From positions 1 through 64,000 of the IMG/VR virus record IMGVR_UViG_3300032038_007781: a stretch of DNA of 64,000 nt; one strand, 5' to 3'. The position numbers and the translations under genes were made by a program. Positions 9,974-19,221 of this stretch are shown piece by piece (position 1 is the stretch's first letter; every line of letters starts with the position of its first letter). This DNA is from a virus (lineage: Duplodnaviria; Caudoviricetes). The notes under the pieces were generated by a model that had not been told where the DNA came from, did not search any database, and saw only the letters and a list, made by a program, of their open reading frames with translations.

Positions 9974-11938
9974 ATGGCAATATCATTAAAAAAGACAGAA
10001 CAAGCATATGGAATTTTGAAAGATTATAATGGGGAAAATCCTTACATTATTAATCTTAAAAATAATGTGTATGCTTATAAAACATCTCAATTAAATGATT
10101 TTCAAGTAGAATTTATTCTTAGAAATTACGATAAAAAGCCAATTTTAATTAATAAATTAGTTAAAGTAGCAGAATGGTGGGGAGAGAAAAAGAAAGAAGA
10201 ATGGAATATAGATTTTACACCTAAAAAACTGTTTGTTGGGTGGTATATTGGTGATACAACAACAACTTACGTGTTTTATGCTAAATACAGGCAATCATTA
10301 GAAGCGCAAATGATGTTTGTTTCTAAAGATGCTGTTCTAACAGACTTTTTATTAGAAGATTGGTCTAAAAAAGAAATAGATTTTAGCCCTTATAATGAAC
10401 GTAGTGGAAGAATCCTCTACTCTCATCAAGAAGACGCTGTAAAGTTCCTTGTAACACGTAAAAAGGCGATTTTAGCAGATGAGATGGGCCTTGGCAAAAC
10501 GGTTTCTGCCATTGTTGCAGCACTTGCAGGCGGCTATAAGCACATTTTGGTTGTTTGTCCTGCTTCAGTTAAGGAAACATGGAAAAATGAGTTGAAAAGC
10601 TACGTTGATGAAAAAGACATTACTATTGTTAACGGCTCTAAATGGGATGATGCAAAATTTACAATCATAAATTATGATATTTTGGAAAATTTTTACAAAA
10701 TACCAACACAAAAAATCAAAAAGAAGGAATTAAACGTAGATGATAATGGAAATGTGTTCACTGAAGTAAAAGAAAAGGAAATTGTGTCAAGAAATACGCA
10801 AATTGTTTCAGATGCAATGGATAATAGCCAATTATATAAGTCAAATTTTGACCTTTTTATCATTGATGAAGCGCATAGACTGTCAAATTCATCGTCAGGA
10901 CGTTTTAAAATTGTAAAAGACCTACTTAAACGTAGTAATCCTGACGGAATTTTCGAACTTACAGGTACAATGATAACAAATGGCGCTCATAATCTTTATA
11001 ATTTGCTTAAAATTATAGGTTGTAGGGTTACAAAAAATTGGGAAAACTATATGACAAGATATTGTGGGGCTAAAGTCTTCTATAAAAAAGGACCAAGAAA
11101 AGCGTACACATCAATTTTCCTTAAGAAATGCGGTAAAAAGGAATGGGCGGACCTTTCTTATAATGAAAAAAGGCTATTAGATGAATATCTTGAAAAATCT
11201 TGCCCTAAAATAGTAATACCTGGTGAAGACACTAATATGGATGAATTACAGGAAATAATTAAGCCTTTTTATCTAAGACGTGTAACTGAAGATTTGAAAT
11301 CTATGGTTGAAAAACGTGTAAAATTCTTACACTACAACCTTTCAACTGAAGAAGAAATTTCATATGATGATATTTGGAATAATTATAAACAGCAATTAGA
11401 TTCTGAAGAAAAGTCTGAAAATTCCGAAAAATACAAAAAACTTATTGAAGGTAGCATTTTAAGGCAATGGCTTGCTGATAAAATGATTCCAAGAACAATT
11501 TCGCTTGTTAGGAAGTGCATTGAAAAAAATCATAAAGTTATTATATTTTGCGCATATGATAATGAAATAAACACATTTAGAAAAGAATTTGAAGGTATTT
11601 CGGTTTATCATAATGGCAAAATATCATTAAAAAAGAAAAACGAATCAGTAGAACGTTTTCAAAAAGATGATAGTGTAAAAGTTTTCATAGGTAATTTACA
11701 AAGTGCTTCGGTAGGTCTTACCTTAACAGCAGGTGATGTAGTTGTATTTAACAACTTTTCCTTTGTTCCAGCTGATAATTTACAAGCTGAGAACAGAATT
11801 CACCGTTTAAGCCAAACAAAACCTTGCACAATTTATTATCAATCATTTAATGGAACGTATTTTGATAGAATGTTAGATATTGTTCGTGGCAAGCAAGATG
11901 TTATTAATAATATTATTATATCGGAAAAGGAAAAATAA
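9974..11938 (+). CDS. SNF2-family (HARP-like) helicase/translocase
   Basis: DEMGLGKT Walker A, VVCP, DEAH, LTGT, VGLTLT, QAENRIHR. Confidence 0.92.
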   Translation: MAISLKKTEQAYGILKDYNGENPYIINLKNNVYAYKTSQLNDFQVEFILRNYDKKPILINKLVKVAEWWGEKKKEEWNIDFTPKKLFVGWYIGDTTTTYVFYAKYRQSLEAQMMFVSKDAVLTDFLLEDWSKKEIDFSPYNERSGRILYSHQEDAVKFLVTRKKAILADEMGLGKTVSAIVAALAGGYKHILVVCPASVKETWKNELKSYVDEKDITIVNGSKWDDAKFTIINYDILENFYKIPTQKIKKKELNVDDNGNVFTEVKEKEIVSRNTQIVSDAMDNSQLYKSNFDLFIIDEAHRLSNSSSGRFKIVKDLLKRSNPDGIFELTGTMITNGAHNLYNLLKIIGCRVTKNWENYMTRYCGAKVFYKKGPRKAYTSIFLKKCGKKEWADLSYNEKRLLDEYLEKSCPKIVIPGEDTNMDELQEIIKPFYLRRVTEDLKSMVEKRVKFLHYNLSTEEEISYDDIWNNYKQQLDSEEKSENSEKYKKLIEGSILRQWLADKMIPRTISLVRKCIEKNHKVIIFCAYDNEINTFRKEFEGISVYHNGKISLKKKNESVERFQKDDSVKVFIGNLQSASVGLTLTAGDVVVFNNFSFVPADNLQAENRIHRLSQTKPCTIYYQSFNGTYFDRMLDIVRGKQDVINNIIISEKEK

Positions 11939-11984
11939 ATTATTGTTAAAAAGCATTATAAGTATTTTATAATTAAGGGAGTTG

Positions 11985-12014
11985 ATTTGGCATATTTAAT
12001 TAAATATGCCAAAT
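11985..12014. repeat. Perfect 30 bp palindrome
   Basis: ATTTGGCATATTTAA|TTAAATATGCCAAAT. Confidence 0.85.
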
Positions 12015-12052
12015 TGGCTTAAAAAATATTAAATAAAAAATGATACTGCGTT

Positions 12053-12475
12053 ATGGATGAAGATTTGAAATTTGAAGAAACTGAAGAAAAAGAACTTTAT
12101 TTATGCTTCGTAAATTTAGTGGGACAAGAAGAAGATGGTAACTATAGGTATGAATTCATTTTTACCGACAACCCTGATGAAGTGTGGGGTGATGATTTTG
12201 AATATAAACCTTGTTCCCTTATTAATAACCTAATGGTGGCAGAAGAGTATAAAACCGAAACGCATATAGTAAAAACAAAAATACAATTTGACTTAATTCA
12301 AAATAATGGATGCTTTGGGATGCAAGATTGTATGGACGGTGTAGTTTCATTGTGTTTCGAGAATATTGACGGTTACGATTCTTATCCTGAAGATGGGAGA
12401 TTAATATTTATGTTCGGAGAAACATATGATGAAGTTGAACGTAAGTTAGCAATCAAAAATATTTTAATGTCATAA
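12053..12475 (+). CDS. Acidic hypothetical protein
   Basis: 140 aa ORF with a plausible start. Confidence 0.7.
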   Translation: MDEDLKFEETEEKELYLCFVNLVGQEEDGNYRYEFIFTDNPDEVWGDDFEYKPCSLINNLMVAEEYKTETHIVKTKIQFDLIQNNGCFGMQDCMDGVVSLCFENIDGYDSYPEDGRLIFMFGETYDEVERKLAIKNILMS

Positions 12476-12502
12476 ACTATTTATATAGAAAAAGAACTTA
12501 TT

Positions 12503-12883
12503 ATGCAGTACTTCTATATACGACAAAATAGCACACTACCAACACTACGAATGGAATTAATCGAAGACGGTAGACATGACTACAGAAAATTTTATGACTC
12601 GATTCAGAATTGTTCTATAACATTTACAATGGTGAATATAGATACCAATATCACAAAAGTAGCTAAAGCGCCTTGTTACATCAAATTAAAAGAAGATGGT
12701 GGATGCGTGGAAAAATATGTAATATGCTATGATTGGAAAGAACGTGACACTAAAGATGTTGGAACTTATAAAGGAACATTTGACATTACATTCAACCCAA
12801 TCAAATCTGATGAAACTGAATATCCAACAGGTAAATTAATAATGCCAATCCGTGAAACCCTCAGCATAATTATTTTACCATAA
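12503..12883 (+). CDS. BppU-like (baseplate upper protein N-domain) virion protein
   Basis: FYIRQNSTLPTL...YDWKERDT..VGTYKGTFDITF...P; TATTTAT at 12478-12484. Confidence 0.6.
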   Translation: MQYFYIRQNSTLPTLRMELIEDGRHDYRKFYDSIQNCSITFTMVNIDTNITKVAKAPCYIKLKEDGGCVEKYVICYDWKERDTKDVGTYKGTFDITFNPIKSDETEYPTGKLIMPIRETLSIIILP

Positions 12884-12904
12884 AAAAGGGTAATAATATA
12901 GAAG

Positions 12905-13480
12905 ATGACACAAATGGAAAAGAAACTTATAAAACTAACAGAACAAGACCTTCACAAAATTATTAAAGAAGCGGTTAGGAAAACACTAAATGAAGCATAT
13001 AATTCAGATTTATATCATTTTACAAATTTAGAAGGCATATATTCCATATTGGAAGATAATTGCCTATCTGCAATTGTAACTGGTGATGACGAATATGATG
13101 AAAATGATGTTGCTGTATGTTTGTCAAGAACAAGCAACCCTTATATTGGCTATTCTCCAAATACAAAATACGATATAATTTTCAGAATAACGTTAGATAC
13201 TGAAAAGATGCTATCTTCAATTAGAGGGATGAAAATAAAACCTTGGTCAATGAATAATCCAAGGACAACAACAAGCCATTGGAATGGTAAGAAAAAATAC
13301 ATATCAGTTAGCGATTTTGAAGAAAGGGCATATACAGACATTTTCCCATTAGATAGATACTGCAAGTCAATTGACGCATTTCCATATACAAAGGGGGAAA
13401 TATTCGATGAAGAACAAACAAAGATTTTAGATAAACTTAAAGAAGTTTTTCCACAATGGAATAAGTTTTTTGGCTTTTAA
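12905..13480 (+). CDS. Leader-bearing ADP-ribosyltransferase-like protein
   Basis: Leader KKLIKLTEQDLHKIIKEAVRKTLNE, then LYHFT..SIL, VCLSR, ITLD and FEER, an ART-fold pattern. Confidence 0.55.
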   Translation: MTQMEKKLIKLTEQDLHKIIKEAVRKTLNEAYNSDLYHFTNLEGIYSILEDNCLSAIVTGDDEYDENDVAVCLSRTSNPYIGYSPNTKYDIIFRITLDTEKMLSSIRGMKIKPWSMNNPRTTTSHWNGKKKYISVSDFEERAYTDIFPLDRYCKSIDAFPYTKGEIFDEEQTKILDKLKEVFPQWNKFFGF

Positions 13481-13494
13481 TTGTGCCAACATCT

Positions 13495-13531
13495 AAAAAA
13501 GAGGAACTATTTATTTAGTTCCTCTTTTTTT
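13495..13531. terminator. Bidirectional terminator
   Basis: AAAAAAGAGGAACTA-loop-TAGTTCCTCTTTTTT between convergent genes. Confidence 0.8.
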
Positions 13532-13764
13532 TATCTTATTCTTTTAGCTGTATCTTTAAGACCATTTATGGCTTTCTGCCAATTAAGCAATACAATATCA
13601 CGTTTACTGTGTACACCATCGTTTATTATTTTGTTTAAGTCATCCTGCATTTCATTAGCATATATTTCTATTTTATTAGCTATATTAGGATTTTTAAACG
13701 TATCACCATATTCCATAAGAATTTTTCTTGTCTCTTCTTTTATGATTTTTTTAATTTTATCCAT
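13531..13764 (-). CDS. Small protein with leader variant
   Basis: MDKIKKIIKEETRKILME; TATTTAT upstream at 13833-13839. Confidence 0.6.
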   Translation of the reverse strand: MDKIKKIIKEETRKILMEYGDTFKNPNIANKIEIYANEMQDDLNKIINDGVHSKRDIVLLNWQKAINGLKDTAKRIR

Positions 13765-13871
13765 AAGAATTAATTGATTTATTTTCTTACATCAAACTTA
13801 TTTTTTTTTAGTAAAGTATTTTATTATATATAATAAATATTTAATTTTTCAAAAAAAAGTTAAATATAAAT

Positions 13872-13903
13872 TTTGTTTTTTAATAGATTTTAGTGTATAT
13901 TTG
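13872..13903 (+). promoter_or_regulatory. Bacteroidota primary-sigma promoter for the DNA polymerase gene
   Basis: TTTG (13872-13875), 20 nt spacer, TATATTTG (13896-13903); matches the -33/-7 consensus. Confidence 0.7.
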
Positions 13904-13970
13904 TTTTGAAAATCAATGCTACTTGATGTAGCTTTCAGATTTTAAGCATAAAAAAATTAAAGTAAATAGT

Positions 13971-16415
13971 ATGACTAAAGAAATTACAACTGATGTTGTT
14001 AACACTTTCCTTATGGGGCATAACCCCATGGAACATATCATCACTATGGAATGCAGTTATGATGATGAAAAGGTAAGTGTCATTTATGTTAATGAAGAAG
14101 GGCAAAAAAGGGTAAAGCTTGAACCATTTAAACCTTTCGTTTGGGTCAAGCATAGTGCTGCTATTCGTATGTTTGAAGGTAATCGTGGTACATTACGCAA
14201 GAAATTACGTGAATATGGTATAACGATTAAAGCATTAAAAACAGGTGATGAAGGTAGTGAATTCTCTGACCGACTTGAAAACGGATATAAATATCTTTTT
14301 CAATCAACAAGGGCAATGAGCTATCAGCACTTTATGATGTTCTTCCAAGAAGCAGGCACACCTATCTATGAAAGGAAAAAGAAAGGTGATGATTCGAAGG
14401 ATTCTAATAAAGAATTTATGGCTTGTTCACCTGTTGAGCAACATATGATTGAAACAGGTGAACGTCTATTTAAAGGTTATGAAAACTATGATGATTTACT
14501 TAGAATGTCATTCGATATTGAAACCCAAGGTTTGAATCCTAAAATACATAGAATTGAACAGATTGGTATTAGAACAAACCACGGGTTTGAAAAGATTATC
14601 ACTATAACAGGTGAAACTGATGAAGAACGTGACAAAAATGAACTTGAAGCAATAGAAGAAACTGTTGCTATAATGGCAAAAATTAAACCTGATGTTATAT
14701 TCGGTCACAACTCTGAAGTGTTTGACTGGGACTTTTTCATTGTTCGTTCACAAATATTAGGCACTACATTTGAAGAAATTTCACTTAAATATTTCAAACA
14801 TCCTATATATAAGAAAGCTAAGGAATCAATTCTTAAATTGGGTGGTGAAATGGAATACTATAGACCTACTATTATGTGGGGTCATAACATTCTTGATTCA
14901 CTTCACGCAGTAAGACGTGCCCAAGCACTTGATTCTAATATGAAATCAGCAAACTTGAAATATATCACGAAATATCTTGACTTAAAGAAGGCAAATCGTG
15001 TGTACGTACCAGGTAATATTATTTCAAAAACTTGGAATATAACTGAGCCAAAGTTTGCTTTCAATGATGAAAATGGTGATTGGTATGAAATAACACAAAA
15101 ACACCCTTTAACTAAAAATTATGTAGCTAAAAGTGGACGGTACATAGTTGAAAGATATTTGTTGGATGATATTTGGGAAGCTGAAAAAGTAGAACTAAAG
15201 TTAAACGAATCAAATTTCCTTGTTGCTAAGATGCTACCAACCACATTCACACGTGCTTGTACGATGGGAACAGCAGGTATTTGGAAACTTATTATGTTAG
15301 CTTGGTGCTACGAAAACGGATTGGCAGTACCATCAACAGGTAATAACAAACGTTTTACAGGCGGACTTTCTCGTCTTTTAAAAACAGGATATGTTAGCCG
15401 AATTGTAAAGCTTGACTACAATTCACTTTACCCTTCAATTATTCTTACTTGGAATGTTAGAACACCTCTTGATGTAACACATATTATGCTCCATCTGCTT
15501 GAATATATTTTAACACAACGTGAAAAATATAAGGAATTAAAAGGTGATGCAGGTGAAAAAGCTAAAAAAATTGGCAAGTACATCAAGGAAAAAGGCGATA
15601 GTTTAACACCAGAGCAAATTAAAGAATTAAAGGAAAAGCAACAATATTGGAAAGCTGAAAAGATGGGTAATGATAAGAAGCAGCTTCCATTAAAGATTTT
15701 AGGAAATTCATTTTTTGGCTCTTATGGATGCCCTATGGTATTCCCATTTGGCGATATTGATGCTGCTGAAATGACTACATGTATTGGTCGTATGTCACTT
15801 CGGCTAATGATTTCACATTTCTCCAATCTTGGCTATGTTCCTATTGTAGGTGATTCATTCACAGGTGATACACCATTATTTATTAAATATGATAGTGATG
15901 GAATGATTGATATTAAACCAATTGAAGAGTTGATAGGTGAAACAAAAACAGATGCTTTGGGAAGAGAATATGATTATTCTAAAAAGCCATATAAAGTCCT
16001 TTGTAGAAGTGGATGGGCTCGACCTAGCTACATATACCGTCATAAGACAAATAAGCCATTATACACCGTTTCTGAAGGTAATATGAGCGTTACAGTGACA
16101 GAAGACCATAGTTTGTTTAACGCTAGCCAACAAAAAATTAAGCCAAGTGATGTTAATGATAACACTAAATTTGAATATTATACAAAACCAATAGAAACTA
16201 ATGGCAATTTTAAGTGGCTAACCGAAAAAAAGGTTAAAATGATGGCAAAAATGATAAAAGATGGCACTATTGATAGAGTACCGATTGCATTATTAAATAC
16301 TAACAATCTAAACATAGTAAAAGCCTTTTTAAACGAATGGGGAGAAATGCCGTTAGATACATTTAGCAAAACTTGCCAAGCTGGAATATTGTTCTTAAAA
16401 AGAAAAACGCACTAA
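13971..16415 (+). CDS. polB: DNA polymerase family B, N-terminal part fused to split intein N-half
   Basis: Exo motifs FDIET, HNSEVFD, YLLDD; motif A DYNSLYPSI; motif B KILGNSFFG; motif C breaks off after IVGD and intein sequence follows. Confidence 0.93.
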   Translation: MTKEITTDVVNTFLMGHNPMEHIITMECSYDDEKVSVIYVNEEGQKRVKLEPFKPFVWVKHSAAIRMFEGNRGTLRKKLREYGITIKALKTGDEGSEFSDRLENGYKYLFQSTRAMSYQHFMMFFQEAGTPIYERKKKGDDSKDSNKEFMACSPVEQHMIETGERLFKGYENYDDLLRMSFDIETQGLNPKIHRIEQIGIRTNHGFEKIITITGETDEERDKNELEAIEETVAIMAKIKPDVIFGHNSEVFDWDFFIVRSQILGTTFEEISLKYFKHPIYKKAKESILKLGGEMEYYRPTIMWGHNILDSLHAVRRAQALDSNMKSANLKYITKYLDLKKANRVYVPGNIISKTWNITEPKFAFNDENGDWYEITQKHPLTKNYVAKSGRYIVERYLLDDIWEAEKVELKLNESNFLVAKMLPTTFTRACTMGTAGIWKLIMLAWCYENGLAVPSTGNNKRFTGGLSRLLKTGYVSRIVKLDYNSLYPSIILTWNVRTPLDVTHIMLHLLEYILTQREKYKELKGDAGEKAKKIGKYIKEKGDSLTPEQIKELKEKQQYWKAEKMGNDKKQLPLKILGNSFFGSYGCPMVFPFGDIDAAEMTTCIGRMSLRLMISHFSNLGYVPIVGDSFTGDTPLFIKYDSDGMIDIKPIEELIGETKTDALGREYDYSKKPYKVLCRSGWARPSYIYRHKTNKPLYTVSEGNMSVTVTEDHSLFNASQQKIKPSDVNDNTKFEYYTKPIETNGNFKWLTEKKVKMMAKMIKDGTIDRVPIALLNTNNLNIVKAFLNEWGEMPLDTFSKTCQAGILFLKRKTH
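15855..16412 (+). mobile_element. Split intein N-fragment (186 aa)
   Basis: Block A SFTGDTPLFIK directly after VGD; IKPIEEL; block B VTEDHSLF. Confidence 0.88.
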
Positions 16416-16492
16416 ATGAAATAATTTCTCTTTTCTTTTTTTAAATAACCTGAAAATCGGATTAAAAACTACATGAAACGAAGCAGGTATAG

Positions 16493-16702
16493 ATTAAATC
16501 AGAATTAAGGCCAAATTACAGATATTTTATAAATGGGACTTGCATTAGATTCCATAAATTTGGGTTTAGAAAAGTAATATTAAATAAAAAATACAACCTT
16601 CCACTAACCATGACAGAAACCGAAATGGTTAAAAAAATTGGTGCGAAAAAAATATGGGATTGTGGGCTTTTTAAATACGTTTGGAAAAATGAAAAAAATT
16701 AA
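16493..16702 (+). pseudogene. 3' remnant of a Hef-like homing endonuclease between the polB halves
   Basis: Hand translation, no start at the 5' end: IKSELRPNYRYFINGTCIRFHKFGFRKVILNKKYNLPLTMTETEMVKKIGAKKIWDCGLFKYVWKNEKN*. PxYxY, TE.E and IWDCG..KYVW are C-terminal motifs of this family. Confidence 0.75.
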
Positions 16703-16787
16703 TATTGGTAAAATAAATGACTATGTATTTGACATAAGTTTAGATGGCACTGTAATTAATGCTTTGGGTTTGAACGTAATTTCAAAC
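16689..16787 (+). mobile_element. Split intein C-fragment (33 aa)
   Basis: MKKINIGKINDYVFDISLDGTVINALGLNVISN|T: block F YVFDI, terminal Asn, +1 Thr. Confidence 0.88.
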
Positions 16788-18242
16788 ACAGATGGTTTTA
16801 ACTTCCAAATGCCTAAAGATGATGAATTTAGATATACAGATGCTAACCCTTATATCAGTACTGGTGCTGGTAGAAATAGTGTAAAAGGTAAAAGTTATAC
16901 TGGCGTTGAAGCTGACGTGGCTGAGTTTGAGGATTTGTACCTTAGCAAACCATATAACGGTGGTGTGAACAAAATGGGATTAGGAATAGACGAGTTCTGT
17001 GATGCTACTATCAACTTCGCAAGAAAGAACTATGCTGACTTAATGCCAAATGGTTCTACAAAGAAAGTAGGTAATACCATTAAATCAAGAAAAATGTCAG
17101 GTTACCTTGAAAAGTTTATTGATAAGGGTGTAGATATGTTACTTCACGCAAAAGGTCATGATTTTCTCGAAGCATACTATGATTATATTGATAGAATCTA
17201 TAATTACCAAATACCTATTAAGGATATAGCATCTAAAGGTAATATTAAGAAAACTATCAATGATTATATAGCAGACACTAAGACGTTAACAAAAGCAGGG
17301 ACTAAAAAGTCAAGGCAAGCTTGGTACGAACTTGTCATTAAGAATGATGTTAAAGTAAATGTAAGTGATACAATTTTCTATATAAACACTGGTGAAAAGA
17401 AATCTGATTCAGACGTTAAGCGAATAACGCATCAATATGTTATGTTTAACGGTAAAGAAGAAGAACTTAATGCTAAAATTACACGTGAACTTTTGACACC
17501 AGAATGTGAGAAGAAAAACATTCTTTATAAAAATCTTAAAACTAAAGATAAAAAAGAAATGTTGAAAAAGTATATCATTCGTGAAGAAGATGAAATTGTT
17601 CTTAATTGTCAATTAGTACCAAAGGAAATTGTAGATTCTGAAGATGATGTACTTTGTTCTGAATCAGAAGAGTTAGGGTTTGGCTCAATTGAATATAACG
17701 TTGAAAAATATATTGACCAATTTAACAAGCGTATCACACCGTTATTGGTTTGTTTCTCAACTGATATTCGTGAAGATATTCTTATAACAAATCCTAAAGA
17801 TAGAAAATATTTCACAGAAGAACAAGCACAACTTGTATCAGGACAACCTAATAAGGTAGAAGACCAAGATTCATACGAAGCATTAATGACTCCAGAACGT
17901 AAAGAAATAGAATATTGGGTTAAAATTAAGCAAGTACCGCCATTTATTAAAGAAATTGGTCAAGATTGGGACAAACTTGTTTCTGATTATCAAGAAGAGT
18001 TAAAACAAGAAACTGACGAAACTTATCAAATTGAAAACGAAAAATATTTAAATGCTTTGAATAATTTGTCTGAAGCCGAAATTAGAGAATTTGAAACTGA
18101 AGGAGTGATTCCATCATCATTGAATTCTATTGTAACAATGAATTCTGATATGCATTTCTACTTTAAAAGGCTGCCAGATAAAAAGCCTTCAACAGGAGGG
18201 TTCGTATTTGATGACATCAAATCAGAATTTTTTGCATACTAA
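16689..18242 (+). CDS. polB: DNA polymerase family B, C-terminal part preceded by split intein C-half
   Basis: Probable start ATG at 16689; 33 aa intein C-half, then TDGFNF, RKNYA, YIDQF. Confidence 0.9.
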   Translation: MKKINIGKINDYVFDISLDGTVINALGLNVISNTDGFNFQMPKDDEFRYTDANPYISTGAGRNSVKGKSYTGVEADVAEFEDLYLSKPYNGGVNKMGLGIDEFCDATINFARKNYADLMPNGSTKKVGNTIKSRKMSGYLEKFIDKGVDMLLHAKGHDFLEAYYDYIDRIYNYQIPIKDIASKGNIKKTINDYIADTKTLTKAGTKKSRQAWYELVIKNDVKVNVSDTIFYINTGEKKSDSDVKRITHQYVMFNGKEEELNAKITRELLTPECEKKNILYKNLKTKDKKEMLKKYIIREEDEIVLNCQLVPKEIVDSEDDVLCSESEELGFGSIEYNVEKYIDQFNKRITPLLVCFSTDIREDILITNPKDRKYFTEEQAQLVSGQPNKVEDQDSYEALMTPERKEIEYWVKIKQVPPFIKEIGQDWDKLVSDYQEELKQETDETYQIENEKYLNALNNLSEAEIREFETEGVIPSSLNSIVTMNSDMHFYFKRLPDKKPSTGGFVFDDIKSEFFAY

Positions 18243-18247
18243 AAATA

Positions 18248-18283
18248 AAAAGGTGAGTGATTTTTTTTTTTCACTCACCTTTT
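18248..18283 (+). terminator. Terminator after polB-C
   Basis: AAAAGGTGAGTGA-T-run-TCACTCACCTTTT. Confidence 0.75.
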
Positions 18284-18351
18284 AAGGTTTATTAAAACTG
18301 TGCAAGGCTGCTTAGGCTTGTAAATCTCATCTATTTGCATCAATTAGTTGA

Positions 18352-18513
18352 GTGACATTGCGCATTTTCCTACAGTCTTACATTGACGAAGCTGTATACC
18401 GTTGGAATACACGAAAAATGAGCGAATCAGAGAGATTCGCCCATATGTTCAAGAAGTCCATTGGACTTGTGAAAACTTGGAATGAGATTAAGATTGGGCT
18501 TGAAGCTGCCTAA
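18352..18513 (+). pseudogene. C-terminal remnant of an IS1595-family transposase
   Basis: Hand translation LQSYIDEAVYRWNTRKMSESERFAHMFKKSIGLVKTWNEIKIGLEAA*; matches the LQxYxDE.x(F/Y)R(W/Y)N motif of IS1595 transposases. Confidence 0.7.
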
Positions 18514-18831
18514 TTAGACTTTGCCATATTTTTCAACTCCTTTATCAAACCCATAACGATACCCAGCTTCATTGTTATACCCTAACTTTGGATTTTCTTG
18601 ATAATTCTTCCAAGCTGTATCGCTTGCCATTCCCATTACTTTATTGTTTTCTGCTTCTGCATTTGCACCCATATTTGTTCTATAGTGTTTTGCAGCCCTT
18701 CTTCCTCTAACAGCATCAAGCGCAAAGTTACCACGAGGTGTATCACCAATCTCATTAAGTACCCTATTCACCGATTCCTTCACAATCCTATGAAGGTCTG
18801 ATTCTGTTAGTCTTATAAGTCTTTTATTCAT
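18514..18831 (-). CDS. Leader-bearing putative capsid-packaged protein
   Basis: Likely start at 18831: MNKRLIRLTESDLHRIVKESVNRVLNE|IGDT... Confidence 0.75.
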   Translation of the reverse strand: MNKRLIRLTESDLHRIVKESVNRVLNEIGDTPRGNFALDAVRGRRAAKHYRTNMGANAEAENNKVMGMASDTAWKNYQENPKLGYNNEAGYRYGFDKGVEKYGKV

Positions 18832-19117
18832 ATTTTTTTGATTCTGTTCTAATTCTGTGCATTTTTTCAATATCATAGGAAGGGTCATTCATTACAAAGA
18901 ACCTTAATGGCCCATCGTAGTAATTGAGGTATTGACGAATACATTCTTCAAAACTACGTCCGCCACTTTCTATTTTATTGAAACTATAACAATCATTATG
19001 TGGGTCTTTGCCTATACTTATAGTTCTATATAAGTGGTTATAAAAATGTTTTGCTTCTTCACGTGGCAACTCATCATACATATCATCATATTTTTGTTGT
19101 TCTGAAATTCTATTCAT
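18824..19117 (-). CDS. Hypothetical protein
   Basis: 97 aa ORF starting MNRISE; TATTTAT at 19137-19143; stop overlaps the next start. Confidence 0.6.
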   Translation of the reverse strand: MNRISEQQKYDDMYDELPREEAKHFYNHLYRTISIGKDPHNDCYSFNKIESGGRSFEECIRQYLNYYDGPLRFFVMNDPSYDIEKMHRIRTESKKYE

Positions 19118-19153
19118 ATATGTATATATTTTCTAAATAAATATCACGTAGAA

Positions 19154-19185
19154 TTTGTTTTTCTCAGAAATTGAACGTAATTTTG
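19154..19185 (+). promoter_or_regulatory. Bacteroidota-type promoter
   Basis: TTTG (19154-19157), 20 nt spacer, TAATTTTG (19178-19185). Confidence 0.6.
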
Positions 19186-19221
19186 CAGCGAGAAGATATT
19201 TATGGTAAATATCGTATCAGA

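Noticed and set aside
16416-16688. Group I intron or frameshift explaining the polB split
   Set aside because: Both flanks carry intein blocks, ORF2 has its own ATG, and the spacer is explained by an endonuclease remnant; no intron core was recognised.
16638-16688. ORF-track start MVRKKYG for polB-C
   Set aside because: This stretch is the alternative frame of the endonuclease remnant; ATG at 16689 gives a typical-length IntC.
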